Positions 25,621 to 38,465 of a stretch of 64,000 nt of DNA are shown here, in pieces. Where the stretch lies: the NCBI GenBank assembly GCA_028023455.1, contig JAQFVV010000003.1, forward strand, positions 19,654,001 through 19,718,000. Direction: 5' to 3'. Source of the DNA: Epiperipatus broadwayi. Its lineage: Eukaryota; Animalia; Onychophora. The notes beneath the pieces were generated by a model, which had not been told where the DNA came from, did no database searches, and worked only from the letters and a program-made list of their open reading frames with translations. Positions within the stretch are counted from its first letter, which is position 1; every line of letters begins with the position of its first letter. Both the position numbers and the translations under genes were made by a program.

Positions 25621-26329
25621 TCATTTCAATAATAATAACTGAAAATAAAACTTGATGTTATAATGTTGGGATAGACAAAAAATAAAATATCTGCACTTAT
25701 TGGTGAATTTACAGTTACGAAATTTTATTAAATATTAATCCTTGGCTTATTTTTATTTCAAACACATTTCATGTATAGACTGCCTTTTATTGCAATATAT
25801 ATATATATGTGTGTTATTTTATTTAACATTTTTACTGTATATTCAAAAATAAATACAGACATTCATTTTTTGCTGATTAGCTTTTCTTTTACTCAATGCT
25901 AAGAATTTGTAAATAAATTAAGCAGGTAGACGAAACACAAAAGGCATACCAAACTTTGCTTTTATTAATCAGCTTTTGACTAGGTTGTGAATACTATCTT
26001 CACTGTTTCTCTATTAGAGACATGCTGAAGATCTTTACCTTACAGCACATTAGTTAAATACTCTCGCATCAAAAAATATAAATATGGAAGTATATGTAGA
26101 CATAAATTGATAGATCAAGTTAAATAACATATAACAAGAGAAATAACTTTGACTGTCCTGTGGTCAATAAAATATCTCAAGAGATTAGCATTTATTGATG
26201 ATAAATACTAAATACACATAGTTTATTTTAGTTAAAGTATGTGATTTAATCTTAAGCTAAATTTAATTTTACATTACCAAACAAGTGATTTACTGTACTT
26301 TGATTTTCATTTGTTTTAGAAATAATTAT

Positions 26330-26950
26330 TATATATCATCAATGATTGAAAAAAACCCTGCAATAAATGATATTTTATTTTGATTAAACTAAAATCAAAG
26401 AAAATCATGAATTAATAATTGTGATCAACATATCAATATTGAGATAATAAATTCATTACTGCTACCTGCCCATTATAACTGAAGATAAGTAAATATATAA
26501 ACTATTGAAGAAACAACCTGTACACTTACATTAATAAAGATGCACATATTTAACTATTAAAATTTTGTCAGAAAAAAATTAACATGTATTCAGCACCACT
26601 ATGATCAATCATTATTGATCCACTGCAAAATGAAAGAACTGTACAAGTTTAATTCAATTTCTATGATCCTAGTCTCTTTTCTCCATATAGCATCAATAAA
26701 CTTCCTTTTTTCATCCATCAATGTCACATGTGATCTTTCAAAATCTTTTATAATATCTTGGGATTTACTTTGAGACTTCAACTATATGACACACTCTATT
26801 CTTTTTCATTCTCTTAATTCTTTCACTGATACCTGCTTGTTCGCTCAAATATTTTGTTTTTTGGTTTCTACTTACATTTTACCATATTATGTTGAGAGAT
26901 CTGGAGTCTTTGTATTGCCCTTCCATAAAAGAATTCAAATAATTTTTTTA
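26330..26950 (-). mobile_element. Tc1-like transposase relic
   Basis: VSVKRIKR..., MDEKRKF..AIWRK, SGSIMI segments in Tc1 order. Confidence 0.4.
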
Positions 26951-29148
26951 CTATTTTAGAATCATTTAATAACTATTTTTCACATATATAGATATTTTTT
27001 GTTTAATAGGTTACGAATTTTTATGTGATTTAATAAGTAAAATATCCTTTAAGTAGCCACTACAAAGCCCCAAGCCTCTCAAAACATCCCCTTTCATATT
27101 GAAACAGTGAAGATATTACTTATTAAACTTGCCTTCTGCTAGATACAGAAGGGATTTTTAACAATATATAAGAATATATATTTTTTTATTTCAGATAACT
27201 AGTCTATTCAACTTAGCTAGCCATCCAATATTCCTCTTCAAATATTAAATAGTTAGTTAAATTGCCTATAATCCAGCTATATATATAGTAACTTGTTCGA
27301 AACCAAAAAAAAAAATTCTAATTTTTTTCCTGCTGGATTCAAGTTTCACAACATGAGCTTGCTTAAATTAATCAATCACTATACTATGAAGCCTTTATTT
27401 TTCCTTGATATTTAATAATACATTTATTTAATTAAAATTGCTACAAAAACAGATTATTTAAAGTCACTATGGTGATCAACTTTTTTTTATTGGTGGCATG
27501 CCTATATTGTTAAATAATTAAACTATTTCTATTTAGTGCTCATAATATGAATTAAAAATTTACAATATTTTTAAAGTTGAAATATAGTCTTGACTTTTAA
27601 TAAAAAATCAGTATAATGCAAGGGTTATCATATTTTGAAAACACTAATATGACTATTCATAAAATCAAAATATAGATCAATTAATATTTATCTGTGCTCT
27701 AATAGTGGTAAAATTCTCAATCTGGAGTTTAATTAATAAATAAATAGCAAGAATTTTTTTAATATATATATATAATCAGTCAATCCTTATACAACAACTA
27801 TTTTAATTAAGATTTACAGATTTTTTGTTTCTTTCATTTTATAATAGTAAACCTTAAAAAAAAAAGACAAATATTTCAATTTATTGTATACTTTTTGAAT
27901 TTTTACAAAAGCTTTTTTTAAATAAAAATAAATTTATCTAGCAGGTAGTCTTCCATTATGTAAGAGATCTACACTGACTTTTTGCACAAGTTGAATTTTT
28001 ATATAAACCAGATATACAATCTTCAGTATATCTGTGTAATTAATTAGAAAGAGAATATAAAATAATTAATAAGAAATATAAAATACAATATGTTGCAGGA
28101 CATGTTCGCAAAATATAAGATATAGAAAAATTTGAGAGCTATGTTAATTTTGATACACATACAAACACAAGAAATTGTTTATGGAAGCCAGGATTTAAAC
28201 AAGCCTAGATTAACATGAATAGAGGATCACATTTAATTACCTTTTAACTGTCAAAATGGATAAAATTTATAGAATATTTTCCAGGATTATTTATCAAATG
28301 TCTACACATGTACACACAAACAATCTGCAGACAAAATGCATGATAATATAAGTTAACTGAAATAAGTTAATAAATTTGATCTCTAACATTAATCACATGA
28401 TACTGAAAGTTACCAAATTATAAATTATGGAAATGTCTTCTGCTGATTTAGTAAACATATATGGAAAATTATTACAAAAATAAAAATGACTGTCATGAAA
28501 TTTTTAAAACAATCTATAGTTATTGGTACTCTAATTTCAATATGATTAACAATTATTGATAGTTATTAAACTTTAATAATTGACTGTAAAAAAAAAAAAA
28601 AAGATGTTTTAAAAAATATCCCACCTAATCAATCAATCTCTATTTTGTAAAATCTTGAGCTGGTAAAGAAATGAACTAAAAGCAGCAAAAGTTATTATCT
28701 TAATTCAAATCATAAAATAGGCAAATAATGGCAGATGTCAAAAATATAAGCTAGCTTAAATAGACATGCAATTGCTAAAAAAAAAAAAAAAAATCCCACT
28801 ATCAACTAATGATTTTAACAGCTAATTAATCTTCTTAATATCATTTATTCAATTCCAAGTTCATCAGTCCAATACAATTACTGCAATGATAAAATGACTG
28901 ATTCAAGAATTAAAGATTACTGATTAAAGTTCAAGCTTTTATTTACAATGCTCAAAACATCACAATCTCCTAAACAACTACTAAATTTAAATCTTTATAA
29001 GTCATAAAATCTGCTGCACAATAGAGTGCTTTTACATAGCCATCAAATTTCTTGGTGTTATCTCAAGCTATGTTTTTTTCTTCTGAAAAATTCCTTCCAT
29101 CTCTTAAAATCCATTTGAGAATTGTTTTAATTCAGATTATCCCATCTT

Positions 29149-29693
29149 AAACAAAGCAAAAATCTACTGTATAGAGATTTTTGCTTTGTTTATAAACAAT
29201 TATGTGCTAATATAAAATAGTGATCATGTAATGCTTAATGGCTAACACCAATCCTGCCTAATAGGATAGTGATGGCTATGGTTGTTAAAGAGCCAAAGAC
29301 ACCAAAATGTATGGGTGTTGAACTGTGTTTAGACCCATATGACTATATAAGCTATTGAGCTTAGATTGAAAATATTTTTTGTGTTTTCAATTTCATTCTC
29401 ATAGTTTTGTAGTTAAGTAGAGATAAAAGGTGGGTGCTGGAGGGTTGCATTAGATCCTAAGATCTAGGTGCAGTGCTCTCAGATCCAAAGCTCCTCACTG
29501 ACGATGGCCACAAGCCAGAAACTAGTCTGGAGATAGTGGACGAGTAGGCATTAGATAGGGATTTTATGCACAAGCCTTCTGACATTCATTGATTACTCTG
29601 GTTGGCACAGGGTGGCAATACTGTATGGAGAGTTTTGCTTTGTTTATAAACAATTATGTGCTAGTATAAAATAGTGATCATGTGATGCTTAAT
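29149..29693 (+). mobile_element. Family A insertion: 454-nt monomer + 74-nt terminal redundancy + 17-nt 5' inversion, with 14-bp TSD
   Basis: gattatcccatctt at 29135-29148 and 29694-29707; 29166-29239 repeated at 29620-29693; 29149-29165 is the reverse complement of 29175-29191. Confidence 0.9.
29492..29533 (+). ncRNA. Family A minimal type I hammerhead
   Basis: tcctca CTGACGA tggc cacaa gcca GAAA ctag TC tggaga; one stem I mismatch. Confidence 0.8.
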
Positions 29694-32029
29694 GATTATC
29701 CCATCTTCTTGCTATGTGACCAACTTGTATCTAAGCTTTTTTAATCTTTACAATAAGTGGACATAAGATATAAAAACTGTTGTATCATTATTATTTAAAT
29801 AAACAATACTAATATATGCTTCTATGCACTTTACACAATGCAAGTACATATTTTTATTATTCCACACTTCCAAAAATAACTAACAATTTAGTTTTGACTA
29901 TCCAACCAGTCTTTTTTGAGCAGTAAAAAACATAAATTATGTAACTTCTTTATTAGACAAAATACAATTTTGTATATATTATAAACTTTAAAAAATTAAT
30001 TTTAATATTTTTTTCTATATATTTTCCACCTTTACATTTCATCCACCTGATTAATCATAGCAATATCCTATATCCATTATATAATATTTCTATTTCATAA
30101 GTTAACTATCTTGCCTAAAGTAGATTATATAATATAATAAAGATCTCATTAACGTTCATGGTGTAGCTCTAAATATTGAGGATTAAAATAAATTGTATTA
30201 ACAGGCTAGCATACATTGACAAACTTTTCACCAATGATAGATGCTATTATTTTGATCATGGTATCTCATTGCCAATTAATTCTACTTACCATCAGGCAAG
30301 AACTTTATACATATACTGCAAACTATAAAAATACATATTTTTCAAATTTGTATTTATTATTAACTGTAAATATAGTTATTTAATTCTAAATTATCTCAAA
30401 ATATTGCTTTTTTATGACTAGTTAACATAATCAAATGTTCTGCAGAATAATTTAAAATATAGCTAAAAAGTAAGTTTATTCACTGCTTGATCATACTGCC
30501 TTTTGCAAATATTGTCATCAGCAAATCCATCTTTCAGTAGATGACTCAATATTTTTACAAAGGAGGACAGTAATTTCCTTCTATACTCAATAAAAAGGTT
30601 CATTTCAATATTAATTTTCATTGTAGTATCCTTGAAGTTTTAAACATTTTATTGTTATTTCAGTATTTTCTTGATTTCATCAGAAAATTTACAATTGTTT
30701 CTGAAATAACACATGCCATTAGTTTCATTCATTACCTTTCAACTTGGTCTATCACACTATATCTTTTTATTTACTCTAAAATTCTGTTAATGAATAACTT
30801 ATAATTGTCATTTGTAGCTAATGCCCTTCAGTAATTTCAGAGTCACTTGATTAAAAAAAACATGATTATATCAAATTATCAATAATAATGCAATGAGAGA
30901 AAAAGAAATTTCCACATTTATATACTCACAAACTGAGTGAGACATCAATAGCATGTTTCAAGTGGAAATTTTAATGTGTTCGATTTTTTTTAATGTTGTA
31001 ATTGCAGATTTACTGTCAATTTTGTTTAATTTCATGTGATATTCTTTTAATAACTCTATAATCTATTTAATGTTAATGTCTGTTTGTTAAACAAACATAT
31101 TAACAATCAATGAGCAGAATTTTTTTTACATTTTATTATGAATTATTTGAAATATAAAATGAAACGTTTAATTATTAATAGCCAAAATATCTAACTTTTG
31201 ACTAAACAAAAACAATGTATATAAGAGTGGCAATTATTTTTATTCTTTTTTTATTTTTTCATCGTTTGTAATGGATCTGATTTGAAATTTAAAGATGCCT
31301 TTAGACAATTCTTTACTTTAAAGATGATATTGAGCAAAATGTGGAACCCATAATATTATAAAACATTTCATGGGACTATAGGTTTGATTATCAATCTAAT
31401 ATGACTATGACCTAACACTTCAATGGATAAAACTTGGAATTTTTTCCAGATAGGCAGATAATAGTCAATTTAGTTATCTAATTATTAGTCAGAAAATGAA
31501 TATTGACCTTTTCTTACTTAGAAGATGAAATAAAAAATAAAAAAAAAAAAAAGCAAAAATTCACATCGAATTTTATTGATTGACCTGGTCAACAATATTT
31601 TTTCACTGTTCTTCTTTGGGCAATATTGAAAAGACATCAAGTGGGATATTTAAAATTGTTTAACTTTTTATTTTTAAACTTCACCACCATTTTACTGACA
31701 AATTACTTTTAATATTATTTTTTTAATATATAAATTGAAACATTCCCTTAAGAATAATCCTTTTTGTCTATTGCTGTTATTAAATAAATAAATAAAATTA
31801 AATTTGATTTTTTTTAAAGTATTAAATTAATCTTAAGCTAATAACAATATTATATATAAAAAATATCAGACTTAATAAATTTAAAATAAAATTACAATTT
31901 AAAAAAAAATTATTAAATACAATAATCATTATAAAACATCAAAAGACTAAGATTACCAAAAAAAAAAAAAAAATCACTGCTTTTATTATATATATCATTA
32001 ATGTTTCTTACAAAGAAGATAATGTAAAT

Positions 32030-32700
32030 GTGACATGTCTTCCACCAAAGCAATGACTTTCATCCAGACTGGAAAAACTATCCTTTGACAGATCAATTGG
32101 AATATAATAAATATCTACATAATTCTACCATAGTTTTTGGCTAAATAGTCAAGTAACTAAAAACCAGTAACGGGGATATGTGAGTTCTGATTGCTCAATC
32201 ATGCGTCTATTATTATTTTACAATCAGGATTTCTCTGACTAACCCAGATTAACTTGAAGCTTTTAATGTCTACTTAGAAATAGCTTAGCTATGTAATCAT
32301 TTAATGACTCCTATTAAATGACTTCTTGGATTAATTATGAGTTGTTTATTTGAAAGAAATATCCTAAGTCTGATTGTATTCTAAAAAAAATTTCACGGTT
32401 CATCTGGCTTGATTCAAACCCCAGACTATAGATATGACAGATGGATGAATTAATCATTATATTACAAGATTGTCAAATAGTGCATATTATAGGGAAAGCT
32501 AAGAGTAATAGTATCATATTTTGTAGAATATAAGCCAAACATAGAGCATCATAAAATAGATATATAAGTATTATAAAGTTGTTAGGAGATATGATCTTGC
32601 AATATTCAAATGACAATTGAGAACAATAATTCCTTTCAATTGATCAGAATGAGATACATATATATATTATTCAGTTGAGAATCAATTTTAAAACTTTATA
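32030..32700 (+). mobile_element. Highly decayed non-LTR RT relic
   Basis: QSGF near 32225 and a YADD-like tatgatcttgcaata near 32590. Confidence 0.3.
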
Positions 32701-33411
32701 AAGTTTTTGAATGTGACATTCTATTACACTACTAAACAATGCAAGGCCTAAAGAAGATCATCAGAGATAATTTCTAATTATCTGCCAGCTTATCAACACA
32801 ATTTATTCTAGCTTTTCCAACTTCAACATATACTTTAATGAATTATTGATGTTTAGTTACATAATAAAGAAAATAAAATTACTCATATTAAGTGCCAGTG
32901 ATGAGTCAATTTTCTATTTTATAATTCTGTAGATAATGTTCTGCAAAGTATAAAACAAAACATATTTGTGAAAAAAAAAAACAATAATGTGATTTTTAAA
33001 AAAAACTTAATATTCATTATGAAAATTTTTGGTTATTTAAAGATGATTGGATAAATATTTCACATTTATGATATTATATATAAATATACAATGTTAAATA
33101 AAATGCAAGAAATGTGAATTGCTGCTAAGTACTTCTTGATGCACTTTATTACTGATAAAAATATCTTAAAAGTTAGTTTCTACCCATAGCAACATCTCCA
33201 CTGATAATAAGGTATCATTAAACTCATGACCCAAGATTATTTAATCACTCAATAAAATTATATACTTCTTAATTGCAATAAGATATCAAAATGTAGCATC
33301 TTAATAAAATATTCATGTTAACAGTATTGGATGTTTGTTGAAAATATTAAGTTGTTGTCTCACATTCTTTGATAGTGGGTAATGTATGTATAGACATATA
33401 CACAATAAACA

Positions 33412-33477
33412 TTCATGGTATAGTAGTAGCACATGTACTTTCTATCCCCAAAGTCTGGGTTTGAATCCAAGCCAACA
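33412..33477 (+). repeat. Degenerate tRNA-like SINE head
   Basis: A-box-like tggtatagtag and B-box-like ggtttgaatcc about 45 nt apart. Confidence 0.35.
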
Positions 33478-34163
33478 AAAAAAAACTGAAATTTTTTTCA
33501 GGTTACAAACTATATTAGATTAAATTTTCTTTCAGATAGCCAATCCATAGCCAAGTCAATTAAGTATTTAATATTGATTGATAAAGAGATATCTAATTAT
33601 CTTTAACAAAAAGATAAAACAGGATGAAAAAACACTCATAACCTTACCACCCAGCAATTGGAAAATCTGATAGATAATGTTGTCTTTCCTCTTTCTCTAT
33701 AAAAATCAATGAATATCCAATCCATTACAAGATCTTTGCCTGGGAATAACTTTTTAATAGCTGTTTTGCTTTACTTTCATTCATGTATTAATATATTATA
33801 TACAATGCAATTAAACACAGAAAAATGCATGTTGAAGGTAGGATAATATGGGGACCAAAGATATTTATATATCTACTTATACAGAATGTCATTATATATA
33901 TATATTAATATAGCGCTATATAAATAAATACATTATCATATATATATATAAGTATATATTTAAAAAAATAGCAAAGAATGACTAATGCTTAGACATAGTA
34001 AATTATTATATTGAAATTTAGATCTACAGAACAATTGTGCATACATTGACATAGTGATATTATAAAACTAAAGAGGTTTTCTATTTGTTTTTTATTTTTG
34101 CCATTTATTCATTTTATTTCAGCCTCAGTTATACATTTTAAAATTGAAAAAAAAAAAAAAAGA

Positions 34164-34267
34164 ATTTCAACTTTTCACATATGTGCCTTAATAATTTATA
34201 TAATAGCTCAATGACATCGTTGAGCTATTATATAAATTATTAAGGCACATATGTGAAAAGATGAAAT
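34164..34267. repeat. Near-perfect palindrome (41-bp perfect arms 34171-34211 / 34220-34260)
   Basis: cttttcacatatgtgccttaataatttatataatagctcaa / ttgagctattatataaattattaaggcacatatgtgaaaag; a diverged single arm lies at about 34557-34620. Confidence 0.9.
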
Positions 34268-35874
34268 ACTTTCTCTTCAATTACATCATATGCGCTTAAT
34301 AAATAAATTTGAACATTACATAATTTCTATTAATTCTTAATATTGTTTTGTAGTAAATCAAAATATTTCACGTATCTTAATGTAGGAAATAAAATAATGG
34401 ATGTAAAAGTGAACAGAGTAACATCTTCATGCTCTCAAACCAAGCCACTTCAGATTGGCCTACATAATGAAGAATTTAAGTTAAAGATAAGATGACCGTT
34501 CTTATCTGTATAAAGTCTCTATTTTGTGTTTGTAAGTTTCCTCTGTACTCATTAAACTATTATATAAATTATTAAGGTACATATGCGAAAAGGTAAAATA
34601 TATGCTTAATAAATAAATCTGAAAGTTGTATTTTAAAATTGTAACAGACTGTAAAATTAATTTCAATTAACAATGAAAATCACATATAAGTAGTAGAGAT
34701 ATCTACATACTAAAAAATACTGTAGTGAGACATCTTATATTGGAAAATATAAATAATACATAAAATATAATATAAAATTTAATGATGCAAAAGTGTTGAT
34801 TAAAGTTTATGATGTATGGCAACTTCAAATAGTGAAATATTAGAACAACTACTTTATTTAGATTTGCCCAGTGCAAGATTTCTGGGTTGAACTGGATTCT
34901 CATTTCTGGTACTCAAATGTCGTATAGATGATTATAGACCAGAAGAAGAGTGATAGATTTAAAAATTAAATGTTCCATGCTTGGTTTTCAGATGTGTAAG
35001 ATATATATAAAAAAAACTGATTCAGATTAAGAGACTAGAATTATTACATGCTCAATCTGCCATTAGGATTGCTTGAATGTTATAGGTAAAAGAAAACAAT
35101 AATTTTTAAATATTTTACAATTTAAGCTGGATGTACACATCACCCTAGTTTAAGGCATTTAATGTAAATATGAATAATTGATGGATACACTGTTTGGTAA
35201 ATACTATTTTTTGAAAAAAAAAAAAATCAAAGATGGCTGCAGTTAGCAAATAATTGAGGTCACAAGAATTAATAGTTGCTGACCTAGTTTCAGGCCTCTA
35301 CAGTTATGAAAGTATGAATGATGACTTCAAAACTTTAATGTTTAAAATTTCAAGCCATTATCTTGAATAGCAAACTAGAAATTAGAGGTGACATTGGGCA
35401 CCATTTTTTTCTAGTAAAGATGAACATCAATTAGGTACTATCATATAAATACAATGTGTACCCCTTACTTCAAACAGTGAAATAGTAGTGTGTTGAGGAA
35501 AACTGTAGGATAGTTGAAACATTAGATTGGGTGTGTATATATATAATTTTTTTTTTGCTATAATGTGCTAGAAATAAGGTAAACAAATTGTATTTATATA
35601 AAATATTATAGTAAAATAAAGGAAGTGATTGATTTAATGACATCAACTGTATTCATGGGATTAATGACCACTGTCAAATGTGGGATAACTTTAAATTAGA
35701 GGAGTTTATATATTACTATGTCTGAATTAATTTAAGTTGGAGATATGAATAGAGCAGGACAACTTGCTATATCTCAAGAATAATATCTAAATATTTTATA
35801 CTATATACAATTTTAATTGTTCTATACTTGCATGTTTTAAGACAATCATTAAAATTATGAGCCAAAGCATTAAA

Positions 35875-36060
35875 GCAGGAGTGGGGAATCTTTTTTCTGT
35901 CAAGGCTATTTGGATATTTATAATAGCATTTGCAGGCCATACAAAATTATCGATTTAAAAATTAACCTGCTATATTTGATCAAATATTTAATTAATTTAT
36001 CCTAATAATTAGGGATGGGCAATCTTTTCAGCTGGCAGGCCAATTTCAACTTGCACTTTT
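35875..36060 (+). mobile_element. Two hAT (Charlie-like) terminal sequences
   Basis: caggagtggggaatc and tagggatgggcaatc resemble CAGGGGTGGGCAA-type TIRs. Confidence 0.35.
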
Positions 36061-37701
36061 TAAATGAAGGCCATAATTTTTTTGGCATTAAAAATAAAGT
36101 AACATTATTATGATTAATGAATGTTCTACATTAAATGCCAATTTGCCTTGTAACTATTCTTCATGACATTTTTATACTTTCTAATTTCTTTTTATATTCT
36201 GGACAGATTAATCCTACACAGTTAAGATGCAGTCATTTATATACTTCCCTCCAGAAAATGGTTTTGAAGTTTCTGGTTTTTTAAAAAAATATATATATAA
36301 TTTGCTTTCATAAAATTTTCTGATTTGTTTGGACTTTTTAACCACTTGATGAAGCACCTTTTCAAATTTTTTTTTTTAATATTTTTTTTTCTGTTCCAAC
36401 AATTTTGTTCTAATCAGAATGTTTAATAAATAGTGTTCTTTATTAATTCAAATACTTTCCAGAAATATCAGGTATATCAATTTACTCTTTCTTTCTATAA
36501 AAAAAAAAAAAAAATGCATTGTTCCATTTCTAATGAAATATGTGATTTCCTGTGACAATTTTTTTGAGCTTATTCAATGTAATCATCATAATAAAAAGAC
36601 AAAATAAATGCAAAATAATAATAATAAAACAAAATAAAATTCTAACTTTATTTGAACAAATATACAATTAGTATGCAAAAATCCCTGTAAAAGCAAGCAA
36701 AATGCCTCCAGTGTCATAGATTAAACCTGTAGTCAGACAGACCACACAATATAGATAATTTGTTAGAATATTACACCTCTGAGAAAATGAAACTAGAACT
36801 ATTATAAAGATTGAATGTAATTGAAAAAATATATATTTTATTTTACTTACCTCTTAATTTAAAATTGAACTACATATATGTTTAAATAGAAGTTTTATAC
36901 AAGACCATTTTATATTTGTTTTTGAAAATGTCTGAGAGTTCTATTAAAAGTTTTCAAGAGTCAGAGATTCCCCACCCTTGCACTAAAGTATTCTCTAGAA
37001 ATTCATTGTAAAATAAAAAGATTACAGTACTATATAATAAGCAATTTATGAACTATAACTTATAAAAAACACGACTCATTAATTATTTTGTAATATGCTT
37101 ACTAGAGAAAACATGAATGTTTTAACTTGTGTAAATTAACTTTCTTTAATAATATATGTTGCAGTAGAAATGGAATATGCAGAGAATGTAAACTATGACT
37201 AACTAAATATACATCTACACTAAAGCAATCAGTGAATGTAGAAAAACTTTGTTTGAATCCCTTTTCTCTAGTTATTATACAATCTATATAAATAAAGTAA
37301 GTGATGAAGTTAGTATTATACATTCTCTTTAAAAGTGTTGCTAACTTTTACTAACTGGTTTAGTGAAAGTAAATTTAAAATAAAATAATGAGGAAAAAAA
37401 CAATGAGATTTTTATTCATTACAGCAAGTCAAAATAATGATATTTTGATGTTCACAAAGTGCTATTCTTTTTTATATTTACACTTTAGATAGTCACATTT
37501 CAAAGTGTAAGAACACTATCACACAAGATTATGCAGTTGCAATCACACTTAAAATAATTTTTGTTCAAGGACACTTCACATTTAGCAGTAACTAATTTGC
37601 CAAAATATTTATGGATATAAATATCTCAAATAATTAAAACTCAGACAACTACAACTGTATTATGAATTTAAAAAATTACCTCAATGCAGCAAGCTTCAAT
37701 A

Positions 37702-38465
37702 TGTAACGACGACTACACATGTTGTATTTTGTAAAAATTGCATACAAGTTTATGCACTCCAGAAAAACTAGTATTTATTCGAGAGGTTGTTTTTAGATCG
37801 CGCACTGATAACTGAGGAATTTAATTAAGGCATTAACGTAATGGCGAATGATAATTCCAAGAGATATTTGCTGATTGCAAATATTTCTAGATAAGAGACC
37901 TTACCTTATTGGACAATGTAATTAATTGCTGCAGTTATCAGAAAACTATAAAAAGACTGTAACAACTACGTCAGGCAGTATTTGAATGCATCTCCAGTAG
38001 ACATTCCTGTTCAATTCCAGTAGGAGATATCTTGCGTCAGACTTTCGGTTAATGTCCAGAACTCAGTGGAAATGTAGTCCACAGGTATAGCTGAAAGAGT
38101 CCACAGAGATGGGGAGACCGTAGCTTGAGGAACCTGTCCGGATAGCAGCTGAATAAAGAGTTGAGTTTCCAGTGGTTTTCAAGTGGAGATACTGATAGAC
38201 TGTTGCAGAGACGGAAGCTGTAAGTAGCTTAAGGCCAGTCGCAGTGCTATACTATGAAGTGTTCGTGTGCAGCTAAACTGGACTGGGGCCAGGGTGTGTG
38301 TAAACCTTGCCCATTGTGAACTGCTTTTGTAGCAGCCAGCCTGAATGTACATTGAGAGAATTGAACTTTAGCAAACTGTAGAAATAGAGTTGTTGCGGAC
38401 TATTTGATATTCTAATTATTTAAAAACATTGTGCCTTAATGTATATAGTCATACTTGCAGACACA
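37702..38465. mobile_element. Putative solo LTR (764 bp)
   Basis: TGTAAC...ACA termini; flanks tcaata/tcaaca (5 of 6 match); GC-richer than flanks; stops in all minus-strand frames tested; AATAAA on minus near 37772. Confidence 0.55.
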
